Below are positions 13,405-27,149 of a stretch of 64,000 nucleotides of DNA, piece after piece. Location: NCBI RefSeq assembly GCF_009914755.1, contig NC_060929.1; one strand, given 5' to 3'. The notes beneath the pieces are model-generated. The model was not told where the DNA came from, did no database searches, and was given only the letters and a program-made list of their open reading frames with translations. The DNA is from the human T2T-CHM13v2.0 reference genome, Homo sapiens. Position 1 is the stretch's first letter. Each line of letters opens with the position of its first letter. Both the position numbers and the translations under genes were made by a program.

Positions 13405-14668
13405 CTACTTTTTCTGCTCTAACTCCTGCTTCTGTTTTCTCCAATAACTGTCTGGTGACAAATCTCCTAATTCTAGTCCCTCTTTGGATCTTCTTTTTCC
13501 TTCAGCTTAAGTTTCTCAGTGCTTAGAAGCACTGATCAGGAATTGGATCCATGGTGCTACCCAGATCCCTCGGAAGGCATATCCCTGCCTGGTGGATTTT
13601 CGATTGGAATAAAATAAGATGACATGAATGTACAGAGACGATGGATGGCTTGAGCTGATGGGCAGCATTTGGAATTGGGTTTTGTTTTCTTCAAGAACTG
13701 TGGTGTCATTTTTCTTCGTCTTTCCCTGTCTCTGCTGATTCTGTCTAGGGGATGTCTTTTAATGTGAAAAATTGAGTAATAGCTTCATAAGAAGTCCTGA
13801 GAAAACAACTCCTGGATTCCAACTTATCTTCAGTGCACATAACCTTCTCCCACAGAGTGAAGGGCTTATTTTTATTCAATTAAGCCTCAATTATGTTCCA
13901 AGAAATCAGTCTCCAGACTAAATGTGAGCAAGTAGCAGGTAATAAACAAACAAGACACATCATGCTTTTGCCTTGGGCTTCTTTGAATCACTTATGTCTG
14001 CTTTAAAGAGTTTTGGTGAGGTAAGTTTTAAATTTTCAGAATGTTCACTTAAGCTATAAATCAGAGGCTTCCAGTATCTTTTTGCTAGGACTGGAAATGA
14101 GACATGAGTGAGGTTATGGCGTGCACACACATACCATCCAAGGGCTAAAGGAAACTAAGACCAACAAAAATAATTCTTAAAACCCAATAAAATTCACATG
14201 TTAAAATAATTATTTTGCAGACATTAAATGGTAGTATGCATAAAGTAAAATTACAAAATAAACACTAAAACACCAAGCTCCTTCTCACTCTCTTGCCACC
14301 ACACTTCTTTTCTGACACAGTGACCAAGGCATAATCTCCAAGTATCTTCATTCAAATGGGGCTAGCTGGTGCAACCTGGCTGGTCATCAGAGTTATGTAT
14401 GGAACTATATAAATATTAGTATTCATCCATACAGATTCTGATCTTTGTCTAGAAAAATATATACTTGTGAAAATCTTCACATATAAGTCACCTCGTCAGC
14501 AAAATACAGAAAAAAATCCTGCAGCGAGTCCTCCCTTCCACTGACCCCTACTCTCTGCATCAAAAAAGGCAAGAAGGTAGAACCCATGCTGCAGGTTGGG
14601 GAAACCTGTTTTATTCAATTCACTATCCAAAGTGAGCACTGGAAAGTCAGAGGATTACTGTGAATCCT

Positions 14669-14840
14669 CAGTGTTCTCTAACTTCTTGCTCCTCAAAAGA
14701 GCCCTGGCATCCCCAGCATCACTGGTAGCTTGTTAGGAATAGAAAATCTTGGGCCCTACCTGCTACTGAATCAGAATCTGCATTTTAACAAGATTCCCAC
14801 AATATTTGTATGCACATTAAAATCTGAAGGGCTCTGCCCT
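14669..14840. mobile_element. MER5A (hAT-Charlie MITE)
   Basis: CTACTGAATCAGAATCTGCATTTTAACAAGATTCCC...TGTATGCACATTAAAAT. Confidence 0.8.
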
Positions 14841-15660
14841 ATCTCACCATTTTTGACAGCCTCCAATTTTATGTTGACAAGTGAATCCTAGCCATGTTCC
14901 TCTGGGCTAGATAGTTTTGGCCTAAAAATCTGTCGATCAAGTCCTACCCAATTCTTCCACCAGAGAAAGAGTGAAGGCTTGGCCCTAAAGCTGAGCTGTT
15001 GGGTCCTGCTGCCTGCCTGCAAAAATCTTTAATGCCAACATGGGCCTGCTCCAAATTTTGTCTCTAACGAGATAATTTCTAGTTGGGTTTTGCTGGCCTT
15101 GCAGCAGGAACATGCTATTATATTTGCGGAAGATTTCCGAGAACAGCAATTTCTCTAAAATTCTCTTAGCTGTTCTCTCCTTTATGAAATGGGAGACATG
15201 ATTTCAAGTCATTCAGGAAAAGCATGAAAACTGTTAACAACTTTGTTATTGTGCTTCACAGTTTATAGTCCAATTTTAACCAATAGCCAGTCTATCCATA
15301 GCGATAAGATGCGGAGAAGCATAGTACCAAAAATTATTAATGTTGACACTAAATCAAAATTCCAAATGAGTAACATGTTTGATTTATAAGCAGGTTTCTA
15401 TGAGAAATTACTCAAATAATATGATCTAATAATCTATGGAGGAGTGAAGTACAGGTCCTTGAAATACTTGGAATACTGGCAGAGAGGGTAAATATAAAGA
15501 AATTAAAACTTGGCATGTTCAAAATTGTCAGTTGTATGTTTCTGTGATTACATGGTCAGCTCAGTTCCAAGTTTAACAAAAAGTATTATCTGCCTGTCAA
15601 TCAAATGTTAATTAAGAATTCACTATGTTCTGGGTGCTAGAGCCATGGGAAATGACCATT

Positions 15661-16097
15661 TTTCATTCAGTGTTTGCCGAAAACCTCCTATGTGCTAGAT
15701 ATTATATACTCAAGATATAAAGAAGGGGAAGACATTGTCTGTGCCATCAAAGAGTTTACAACCTGCAAGAGCAAGATATGAAAATAAAAGAAAATAGGCT
15801 ACAGGAATGCTCCCAAGGAGGAAGATCAGTTCTGTCTTGGGAAGGCTGCAGCTGCATAGAGGCGATACTTACAGGTTTTTTCAGGCAGAGGAAGAATAAC
15901 CCGAAAAGAATGGAGGCATGAAACAGCATGACACATTCACAGACATGTGGAAGTTTAACATGCTTAAGGTTTCATTTTGTGAAGGGAGGCAGATGGCACT
16001 GGAAAAGTAGGCAGGGGCTAGATCATGCATGATAATGTTTTTGGATTTCTTTTCCATGAGTGAATGGGAAATCATCAAATATTTTTTGAGTAGGAAA
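15661..16097 (-). mobile_element. L2 fragment
   Basis: Reverse L2 3' end (TTCATTCAG...CCTATGTGCTAG) followed by a purine-rich body with GTAGGCAGGGGCTAGATCATG. Confidence 0.55.
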
Positions 16098-16124
16098 AGT
16101 TCAATTCCTGGATTAAAGCTATTA

Positions 16125-16280
16125 CATAAACTAATTCACTTGATTCTCAAAACAATTCCACAGGGTAAGTATTATCCCAATTTTCAGATGAGGAAATCAG
16201 TTTAATGTTTCACAACTGACAAGTAGCAGAGTATGGAGTCAAAGAGATATCTGTTTGACTCTATAGTCTGTGCTTTTACA
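16125..16280 (-). mobile_element. MIR
   Basis: TATTATCCCAATTTTCAGATGAGGAAA core. Confidence 0.7.
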
Positions 16281-19200
16281 TAAAAGTATAAAATATGATC
16301 CCTGAAGTCAATAAATTAGCAAACTACTGGAGATTTAGGGCTACCATAGAAAACACTAATGGAAAGTAACCAAGCTCTGCACTATACACATTGACTATGA
16401 GAGAAAGAGGAGTTGGAGGTGGTAGGTGGTGGGGGGAATCTGTAGAGTTTGGAGCAACCAGAAAGGTTTAAATGGCAGGTGTGGGACAGAAGTTGGAAAG
16501 TGAGAACAACTCAATGAAACTAAATGTCATGACAGCTAAATCCCTCCAGTTGACCATCCTGCCCCTCCCAGTTGAATTTGTGTATTTGCTCCCTCTTCCT
16601 CCACCATTATACTCTCTTATCTCACATGACTCCCCCTCTCCTGGCCAAAGCATGGAGAGTGAAACTCTACTCTCTTTTCAAATGTTCCCTTTCTCCAACA
16701 GGTTATCTAATGAGAGACAGAAAGGCAGACAAAGAGAAGTGTTTCCTTGTCTTCTCCTGGGAGAAGAATATGACCATAGAACATTTCTAGCTATCTTGGG
16801 AGGCAGATCTTCTCTAAACATGAGAGAACTTCATGAGCTGGATTCTCCTCATTGTTGATATGCTAAAGGGGAAACAACAGAATCTGTAAAATACCATCCC
16901 AAGCCTTGTTTATATGATTATTCTTCGTGCTGTAAAATTCTAGTGTGCATGTCAGGAGCTGAAGAGTATGTCCTACTGGCTTTCTTTCTGTAACCAAATC
17001 CTAATTTTCTTCTAGGCAGATGGATTCCTCAGGTGAATTAGGGCAAAGTTAATGTGCTCACAGAGACAACAGGGAAAAGAAATCAATAATAAAATATTGA
17101 CCACAATACATATCATGTGTGGGTATCCCTAAGAAATATTTCAAGGCCATGGAAAAATGTGGAGACTCCAGAATGAATGATGTAAATTTACTTACAAGTG
17201 TGATTTTTATTCAAATTCTAGTTACTCCTTGGCTGAAATAGAGTGAAAATTTAGAAATATTTGCAAATGGGGTGTCTTCCCATTACAATGAAAACATCTC
17301 CACAGTCACCATATAATCAGGCACCCTGCAGCTATCTCACTTAAGACATGATACTGCCCAGTCACCTAAGCCTCAATTTCATATATAATCTTATTCTGCA
17401 TATAAACCAATATTCTTACAAGAGCTTTTTGTTTGGTGATATTTTTTTGGTTCGGTTTTTGTTTGTCTCATCAAGTCTCCATCTAACTCTGTCTAAATTT
17501 ATCAAAAATATTTTAAGATAAAGACTCATTGTCTTTATTTGATATTAAGATGTATTAATTATGAGCAATTCTAATGTGGTTAGCAAGTTTGAGCTTTAAA
17601 ATAGCTTTTTATGTCTCATTGATGGATTTGAATAACTTTCACTCATAAACTGCCCATTAAAATTTCTGTTCCGTTTATTTGTAAGACTTTCTACTTAACT
17701 GGTCCTTTTTGCCAAATCAGTACCTATTTAATCTATTTAGGAGCAAGAGTCTATACATTCATGTCTATGTTAGGAATCTGAGCACTTACTAACTCCTGTT
17801 CTGCTGCCAAAGTTAGCCTCGCAGAGTTTTTTAAAATGTGAATCTCCACATAGTGACAACACAAAGGCACAACATGACAAAGAGAGAAGGGTTGTGCTTC
17901 TCCTAGACCGTGGCTAAAACTGTCAGCTCAAAGGGAGTCCTGACTGAGCTTTACGATGGCCCATGGGGATTCTGCATACACATGTGTACAAGGTAAGTGC
18001 AAAAAGTATAAAACTAGGAAGTGCACATTGAAATCAGGGGAAAAAATACACCCAACAAAGTGTGCTGTTGTTAGGAGATGCGCCATAGCTTTCACCCTCC
18101 ATGCTGTCTGCCGCAGCGCCTCACACCGTAGGTAAATGGAGCCCAGCACTGTGAAGCATTAGGTTTTTAGAAGTGAAGTTAAACTGATAAATTAGACCTT
18201 ATTTATTGAACAGCAGTTAGAGCCGATTGCCTAGGGAGTCGTTTGACACCTTTGAAGACCCTGCTAACTTAATTGGTGATAGTTTGGGGGCTGAAGGAAA
18301 CATTTAAGCCAAGAGCAGCAGGACACCGTGCCGCATGAAAATGGAGGAGACAAGCATTCTCTCTGACAAGGGGAGTCATATATAGATTTTTGTGTCCATT
18401 GTTTTCGCTTATTTGTGTGTGTGCTTTACTCAGTCAATCAAATATAATTGACACCACTGGGTTCTGTTGTTTTGTAGATGACAGGAGCTAATGCAAGGGA
18501 AAAAAGCTGGAAGTAAACTTCCCCCTGAAAGGCTGTGAAAAGGTTTTTCCACCGGGCCTGTGACATTTTTTGCTCAATTGTATTAATTGATGTAGTGACA
18601 AGGCACTTGGAAAGATGATGGATACTGATCACTACACCCTTTTTAAGGTTGGGCTATATCTTGCTATTAGCATAAGCACTTGTTTGTGCAAGGAGAGAAC
18701 AGCAACCCAGGTAGAACAAAAGGAGAGGAAAGAAGGAAGCAGGCTACCTGCACTATGCACCTGACAGAAGAAGAGATTGGGTTTTCTGGGCCAGGGTGCC
18801 AAGGCAGTGCTGGGGATGGGCCTTGAGTCAAAGACAAGCTCCTGACTTTAATCTTAACATTGACTCCCCTTGAACTGTGGTCCTTGAGGAGGTTCTGCCC
18901 CAGTTTTTTAATCATTTGCTCAGAGCAACAAATGACTCTAAGAGTTCTCGTAAAGTCCTAAGTATTTAATTGCCAGAGCAGAAAACTGAGGAAAACCTAC
19001 CAGCATTGGAGCACCCTGGGTCTAGAACTGCCAAATTATTCAGGCTAAGGGAGCTATAGGTTTTAGAATGCTCATTTTTCAGAGTCAGTGACAGTGGCAA
19101 TGATGCGTTACAGTAGGCCACATGGCTTAACAAGACAGTGCCAGGGCTGAAATGACTTTGACTATTCACTGTAGATCTATTCAAAGAAGACCTTGAATAC

Positions 19201-19889
19201 TTAAAATGAGAGTATGCAGAGTAAAGAGTCCATTTTTTTCTGCCTAAGTCTGCCTGAAGGTTGCCAGAATATAATCTGTGGTTCATTTGAGTTACCTGGA
19301 GTCATGCGAAATCAACTGTAGTCTTCTTTGGATCTTCTCCGGTGTTGAAATCACTTTGTGATATCTGAACTTAACATCCTAAATTCACAGTGCAAATGTG
19401 TTTTCAATCACACTAGAAAAACTCCTCTAACTAAAACAATGTTCGTTTATGGAGTTCATTCTTCCTTTTTCTAACATCAAGTACTTTCTGTAATTTCCAT
19501 TGTTTGGCATTTAGATTTTGAGGTGCATCATTCATTATTATGAAATTTAGAGGGAGGGCTGGAAGAAAAATTAAAGGAAAATTTCCATTATCCAAATCCT
19601 TAAGGGAAAAATCAGTAGTTAATTGTACAGTTTAAGGAAGATGAAAGCCCAAACTGCAATTTTGTTCCACAAGTATTTCAAGAAAGCATTTGGTAAACCT
19701 CATCACAGAGGAATTTCCACAATATCTGCTGAGCAAAAAACGGAATCTACAAATTTCCGTAAATCCAGATACCCTTATCATTTTTCAGGCATCAGTAGAT
19801 AGTCTTGGCAAGTACTGTATACAGGAGAAATCTCTGAAGATCCAGCCAAAGTGGGTATTCCATGTCCTTTCTCAGAGAAAAATCCTAGG

Positions 19890-20410
19890 ATTCACTCATT
19901 CATTCATTCATTCATTCAACATCTATTTATTGAGCACGGGCTCTGTGCCAGGCGCTGTGGATGTAACAAGGAATAAAAAAAAAAAAAAGACATCTTTGCC
20001 CTCATGGATCATTCAGTCTAATATGAAAGAGAGGCATTAATCAGATGATAAACCCAAATAAATTGAAATTTGAAAATTGGGTAAGTGCTCCAAATGAGAG
20101 GTAACTGGTACTATGAGAGCTAATCATTGGGAAATTTTACCCCTAACTGAGAATTTAAGGGAGACTTAACTAAAGAAGTAATAACTAAGCTAAGACCTGG
20201 AAAAAATAATTACTGACACATGAAATGTAGGAAGGACAGTGAGAGAAGGGAGAATATTTCAGTCTTACACACATGGCAAGAGGGACTAGTGCAGTTCTAG
20301 GAATTCAAATAAGCCAGAGTGGTTGAAACACAAACAGTAACTGGGAGTGCAATAAAAGCTGAGCTATAGGTTGAGTAGACAGGGCTTAGACCAAACTGGG
20401 ACAAATAGCT
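19890..20410 (-). mobile_element. L2 3' fragment
   Basis: (CATT)n CAACATCTATTTATTGAGCAC...TGTGCCAGGC...TGCCCTCATGGA is the reverse L2 tail. Confidence 0.75.
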
Positions 20411-20602
20411 TTAACATGCAGACACCATGTAAGTATTTTGTCCTCCTCCACAAAACTCACCTCCTTATTAACCCTTCACTATTTTTGTTTTTGAGATTGC
20501 AGAGTAGTGGTAATAGGTAATTAAAATAGTGGAAAAAGTCTGGAGGCGGCCTTTCCCACAGGTTCCTTAAAAAACACCTGCTGTAGCAAGAGGCCGATCA
20601 AG

Positions 20603-20919
20603 GGCTGGAAGCAGTGGCTCATGCCCATAATCCCAGCATTTTGGGAGGCCAGGGTGGGAGGATCACTTGAGCCCAGGACTTTGAGGGCAGCTGGGGCAAG
20701 ATAGTGGGACTCCCCTATCTACAAAAAATAAAAAATAAAAATTAGCCAGGCATGCTGGCACACGTCTCTAGTTCCAGCTACTCTGGAGGCTTAGGCAGGA
20801 GATCACTTGAGCACAAGAGGTTTAGGCTGCAGTGGGCTGTGATTGCCCCACTGCACTCCAGCCTGGGTGACAGAATGAGACCCTGTCTCAAAAAAATATA
20901 TTTTAAAAAACAACAACAA
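20603..20919 (+). mobile_element. AluJ
   Basis: Dimeric Alu with J-type GGAGGATCACTTGAGCCCAGG; imperfect TSD AAGAGGCCGATCAAG / AAGAGGCAGAGCAAG. Confidence 0.92.
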
Positions 20920-21790
20920 AAGAGGCAGAGCAAGAAGAAAAAAGGGGGGTAAAAGGAATGCTGTAGGCCATTTCTGGCTAGAAGAATTCTAGATTGCAAT
21001 TCTATCAGCTCACACTGTTTACATTTAGAGCAAAATGAATCCTCACTATTGGAAAATGTTGGCTCCTTTCATTAATGTTGCTTCAAAAAAGATTCAAGTT
21101 AGACAATGAAGAAATCTTTCAGAGCGATGGAATGATACAGTAGTGATAGAGAGCCATCTTGGATTGTGCTCTTAATACCACTAGAGAGCAAAACACTTTT
21201 TGTGTTTGAGAAATAATGTAAGGAGTTATACTTTTCTGGGATCCTTGCTACCAAGACGCTACTAGAGAAGATCCATTAGTAGAGGAAAAAGCCTTGGCCA
21301 TAACTGATTGCTGGCACTTTGGCCATGGCAACAACAGTTACAGAGAGGAAGAACAGATGCAGTAGGAAGTCCCAATACCTTGTAGAGAAGCTGCTTGTTA
21401 GCACCAGCAGCTCTTTGCCCACCTCTGTCTGAATTCTTAGAGAAAATCAAAATGGAAAAGTATGAATGTCATCTGTGACTTACAATCAGTTCCTTAAAAA
21501 AAAAAATGAGCATGAATGTAGTTTTCCTGGCAGAGATGCTTCTGGCACACAGAGCCATGGCTACTTTGGAGAGTAGAAGATGCTGCTTTGAGCCTGGGCT
21601 CTGACACGACACTAGGAAAATACAGCCAAATGGGAAATACAGAACTGACCATTCACAAGTGCTCTTGATAAAACATTGCAGGAGATGGAATTCTCAGAAA
21701 ACGTTGTCAACAGAGATTAGATCTATAATACACTTGTGGCAACAAGCCACATGGTTTTATATATGATTAGGTAAGGCTCAGTTGTTCCCC

Positions 21791-21792
<2 letters not shown>

Positions 21793-21869
<77 letters not shown>

Positions 21870-21887
21870 TCTCCCCCCCCCCCCCCC
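21793..21887. repeat. Compound microsatellite (CA)n(CT)n(C)n
   Basis: Seen directly. Confidence 0.97.
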
Positions 21888-22261
21888 TGCAGGCCACTAT
21901 GGTATTCTCCTAGCCACCCATTCCAGGGAATCCTATCTTGTCACTGTCCACTCCCTCACTGTGTTCTCATTCCCTTCTGCACATTTACAGGTATTATTCC
22001 TCTGCCTGGAATGGCTTCCACACACCCACACAGCCTCCTGTCTAGTTATGTTACAGGAAAGGAGTCCCAATCCAGACCCAAGTTAGAGTCTGCATGACCA
22101 TTCAGATCCACCCCAAATCCTTCTCTCCTTTGTGTATCGTTTTACTACCTGAGCCCACTCTAATTGTTTTCTTCTTTCTGGTCAAAATTATATTTTTGTG
22201 TGTTCATATGATTTACCCACCACAACTGTAAGGTTAACAAGGAGCACACATGAATAGTGCT

Positions 22262-22637
22262 TCATCAGTTGTCTATTGCTGTGTTAAAAAAAAAAATATT
22301 TGGTGGCTTAAACAACCACCATTTAACGTTGCACGAGTCTACAGGTCAGGTGTGTGGTTCTGCTGATCTGTGCCAGGTTTGGTTGATCTCAACTGGACTC
22401 ATAAGAGTCAGCTGTGGGTTAGGAAGATAGACCTAGTGATGTTGGCTGGGGTCTCTTGCATGTCTGTGTCCTTGCTTGGGACAACTGGCTGATTGGACTC
22501 TGGTTCCTGTGGGCTCTCAACCTCTATCAGGGCTGGTGGGCTTGCTCACGTGGTGGAGGCAGAGGTCCTGAGGGAACAAGGCCTCTTGAGGCCTAGACTA
22601 AAGTTCGACATGCCACTTTACTTCATTCTATTGGCCA
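22262..22637 (-). mobile_element. MLT1-family (ERVL-MaLR) LTR fragment
   Basis: TCTATTGCTGTGT...GTGGCTTAAACAACCACCATTTA...GGCTTGCTCACGTGGTGG...CATTCTATTGGCCA. Confidence 0.7.
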
Positions 22638-23899
22638 TGTACATGCACACATACATACACAAAATGTTCATGAATAATAAATAGACATACAAACAGAGTA
22701 ATTATGTCAATTCCAAACTTTCCCCACATATAGCTGAGGGAAAGGCTATGTCCCCTTCTGTCACTAACCTTTGTCCAGATCATCTACCATCTTTTTTTTT
22801 AAATGCCTCTCGAGTCATAAATCCACCATCTATTTTTATGGTTCAGGCTAGTCCATGACATGCTGATTTATATGAAGCCACATTAAAGTGGTCACTTCCT
22901 TATAATGACTGGGAATTTTATATCTCTCTGCTTATAATTAATAAAAGTGCAGTCTCTGTTATGAGTTCTTCAACTAATTAGCTATGACAACTTCTCACTA
23001 CTGTCATAGAAAGCTGTGCTAATGCAAAAAGAAATCAAAACAGAAGCATGGTTCTCAGGTTCAGTACATAAGCCTGCCCCAGGTCCCTGCACATGCAAAA
23101 ACCATCCACTTATCTATTTCCTCACCAGTTGGAAGCAAATGTTTGTAGATCATACCCTATCTTTTAACAAAAAAGGAAATATTTCTGGCCTGGAAGCTTC
23201 CCAGAAGCTGTCTCCTCAGCAGCAATCAGTTCTTTCCTTAATGCATACTTTCTGCTTGTCCTTCAAACATCCCTCTCTGTGTCCCTCTTTCCAGCACCGT
23301 GGCTAAAATTGCCTACTTGCTGTTTCATTGAGGTTTTGCTGCATAACTCCTGTGTATGTTCTGGCAGAAAATGTGTTTTATATATTCCTTTGTCCAGTGC
23401 TGTGAAATAGTTTGAATTACCAAAAACTATGTGATTCATTTACAACCAAATATAAATCTTTGGTAAAGAAACAAAGTAGAAATCTCCTCCAAGCCAGGGA
23501 GGACCAGCTAGTTGGAAGTCAATATTGCGTGACAAATTTTGTAGAAGAAGGGGCTAATACTCATAAGAATCACCTCACATCACCCTGCTGGTCAAAGCTG
23601 CATATCACCCAACAATACGATACCAGGTGGCCTCACCCCAGGAGGGGATTGGGTCCAGGTGGACTTGTAAAACAAGAGTAGGCTTGTCCTACCCTGATCT
23701 CCCAGAGACCAGCACTCTGACCAGGGGGCTTTCTGCCTAAGCCAGCTTTGGGACACAGGAATTTGGTTCCAAGAGTCTGGGGTGAGGAGTCTTTTCCCAG
23801 AGCTCATACCATTAATCCAGCCAAAATATGCTTTTTCCAGAAAGATGAGAGTTTTCCTGAGCACAAAGGAAATGCTCCTACAGAAAGGCAATACAACCA

Positions 23900-23934
23900 G
23901 GTTTCAACTGACTTCTGGGTTTCAACTGACTTCT
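23900..23934. repeat. Tandem duplication of GGTTTCAACTGACTTCT (18-bp period)
   Basis: Seen directly. Confidence 0.9.
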
Positions 23935-24785
23935 ATTTTCCCAGATAAACCAGCATGTTCAGATAAGCCACAGTGCCTCACATCTCTAGTATCTTTGTTA
24001 CTACTCAAGGCATAGATTGCGAGCTCCAGTTATTTTCCTTTTGTATACCCTCACCCCACTGCTGCTCTGTGCTGCTTTTCTTTTGTCCTTCCTACATGCA
24101 CTGATCCAGTCTTTCTAATGAGCCTAGAAACCTCCATCCCATGGTTAATAAAGAGCTCCTATATCTTTAATCACTTCCCTAACTGTCCTGTTCCCAGCTG
24201 GTCAGAGCAAGAAGCCTGGCTTTCTTCTAAACTCATGGCTCCGGGGAAAGGACACTTATTTCCTCATTCCTTGCATCTCAGGGTCAGGAGGTGGGAGAGC
24301 ATCCTCCTCACTTCTCAGGATTATTTCCTCTCTCATAAAAAACCCCTGCATCTTTGACATAGCAATGTGGTTATACCACCCTTCTAACCGCTGTTCCGTA
24401 CTAACCTACCAATCACTTGTTTCATTTGCTGTAGATTTTGGTGTCTGGCTTAGCCTCTCCCTCTCCACTCCAAGCTCAATCACCACTCTAGGTACCTTTA
24501 GTGTCCATGAAAAATAGACCATCCCACTTCTTAGCCTTGGGGCTACTTCACTTCTTCATCTCCAATGACCTTACCTCCAATGGGCCAGTCTATTCTGCCA
24601 TCTGCTTGGAATGTATCCAGCCACAACCTGGAATGTATCATCACCTAGAACTTCTCCACCTCTGAAATCAAACATTCACACATTTTTTCCTGATCTCAAT
24701 CTCCTTTTCTAACAGTTCTCTCATCAGTTGCTCCTATACCACCCATTCTTCAACTCCAGCCTACTGAACCTCTGCTTTTACCTTC

Positions 24786-25100
<315 letters not shown>

Positions 25101-26397
25101 CTGCTTTTACCTTCAAATACTTACTCTGTCACTTCAAACACACTCTTGGCGATAGCATCTAGCATCGACCCCCTCACCCTTTTGTCCTATTACTTGTTCT
25201 GGAAAACCACAGACATTGTATCTACTTAAGTGACAGCCTTGTTGGTACCTCCTAAGGCCACTGATCACACAGCAATGAAAAATGGTTTCTCTTTATATCC
25301 AATGTTTCCACTCGTAACCACGTCTAAGGACTGCCTGGCATTTCTGCTGTTTCCTTGTCAGTTCTCTCTCCCAGAGGTTGGGAGTCCAATTTCCACCCAT
25401 TTTTTTTTCAGGCCCTGTTGTTGACAGTGGAAATGCAATCTTATACAAGACGTTGTTCCCTACCCATCAGAAGCTTATTCTGATGAAGGGAAACAGATAC
25501 ACTCAAAAAATCAATGAAAAATTCTATGATGAAAATCAAACTGGATGATGTGATGGGCACTAACTAGAGGCTCTTTTAGGTTGTGTGTCAGAAAAGGCTC
25601 CACTCGGGACATAACAAGCAATCTGAGACCCGAGTGACAGAGCCAGCTATGCAAAAAGCTGTGAAAAGCCCACCTCACAAAGTAAAAACGACTCCTTGCA
25701 AAGGCACTACTGCGATACTACTTCAGAGTGCTTGGGGAACAGCAAGAAAGGCAGGGACTGCAAAATCACTGTGAGCAAGGGAGAGAATGTGATAGGAAAT
25801 GAGAGGATAGGAGCAGGCAGGGGATAGATCTTTCAGGCCAGGGAAAGGAGTCCGGATTCATACTCCACATGCAAATGAAAGCTATTGGAGGATGTTTTGT
25901 TTTGTTTTATTTTACTTTGAAGAGTAACATGATTTGATTTGGAATTTTCAGAAGATCACTCACATCAAAGTGTTTTCTCTCCCCATGCCTTCAACCGCTT
26001 TCTCTCTCCTGGTTCATTTCCATCTCTATCTGACTATACTCAGTTCACTCCCGTCTCTTGAGCAAACACTACCCTGACATCACCGTCTTCTCTGCCAGGG
26101 TCTCTCTTTTCTTTGCACAGTCCCCCTTCCTGTCTTCCCACTTCCTCAGCCACTGGCCCCAGAATCCTGTGCTCGCCATCCACCCAGTTCTCATGGAAGC
26201 CTCTGGGTGCTGCAGCTGCTTAGTTAATGGCGCCTCTTCAGCCCCTTCTTACCTGACCTCCCTCCAGAGTTCTTGTGATTTCCTCACACTTCTCTGACTT
26301 CTCCCTTTGATTTCTTGGGCAAGGTCCACTTCTGCTTGGTCCTTCAATGTTCCACACACTGCCCCAGAATGGCTTATCTCCACACTCCACACCACCC

Positions 26398-26399
<2 letters not shown>

Positions 26400-26441
<42 letters not shown>
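26400..26441. repeat. (CA)n microsatellite
   Basis: Seen directly. Confidence 0.95.
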
Positions 26442-26445
<4 letters not shown>

Positions 26446-26880
26446 CCATTTCCATCTACATTTTGATGTCTCACAAATTCAAATCTGCTATATCTCTCTA
26501 CCAGGCTCCAGATTTGCTTGATTGTCCCATAAGCCCCTAAATCACATGAAATCACAAATTAAACTCATTATATTTTCCCAAAATTCTGCCTCTTCTTGTG
26601 TTTTCAATCTCATTTGCCAAACGTGAAACCTATATCCCCTCTTCTCCTTACCCCCACCCCATAACCAAAATTGTCAACACTACCTCCCAATACTGAAACT
26701 TGTATCCCCAGTTACAGACATATCTGACCATCATCTCTCACCTGGATTATGGCAACAGTCCACACCAGACCATTCTGCCTCCATTATTGCCCTAATCAAT
26801 CCTTTCCCTCATCACAAATACAGTGGGTTTTCGAAACCCAGAGGCTTCCTTACTTCTCCATTGCCCTCAGAATAAAGTAC

Positions 26881-27149
26881 GTTTGCTTGTTTTTGAGGCA
26901 GGGTTTCACTCTGTTGCCCAGGATGGAGTGCTATGGCACAATCACAACTCAGTGCAGCCCAACCTCCCCCACTTGAGCGATCCTCCCACCTCAGCCTCCT
27001 GAGTAGCTGGGACTACAGGCATGGGCCACCAGTCCCAGCTATTTTTTTTTTTTAATTTTTTGTAGAGACAGGTTCTCAATATGCTGCCCAAATCCTGGGC
27101 TCAAGCAGCTCTCCCACCTTGGCCTCCCAAAGTGCTGGGATTAGAGGCC
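26881..27149 (-). mobile_element. AluJ, slightly 5'-truncated
   Basis: Reverse dimer with J-type CCTGGGCTCAAGC; AGTAC on both flanks. Confidence 0.88.

Noticed and set aside
16472-16858. 128-aa ORF, the longest outside recognised repeats
   Set aside because: No recognisable homology, low-complexity composition, no promoter or splice support
23900-23934. Short direct repeats as a CRISPR-like array (also TGGAATGTATC at about 24607/24629 and AACTAGTATAGAT at about 56977/57005)
   Set aside because: Only two copies each, no spacer series, eukaryotic context; simple slippage duplications
26238-26555. ORFs with HTHT/VCVC runs (also 5098-5373, 55446-55649) and the FFLS-repeat ORF at 30748-30951
   Set aside because: Translations of (CA)n and (GAAA)n microsatellites
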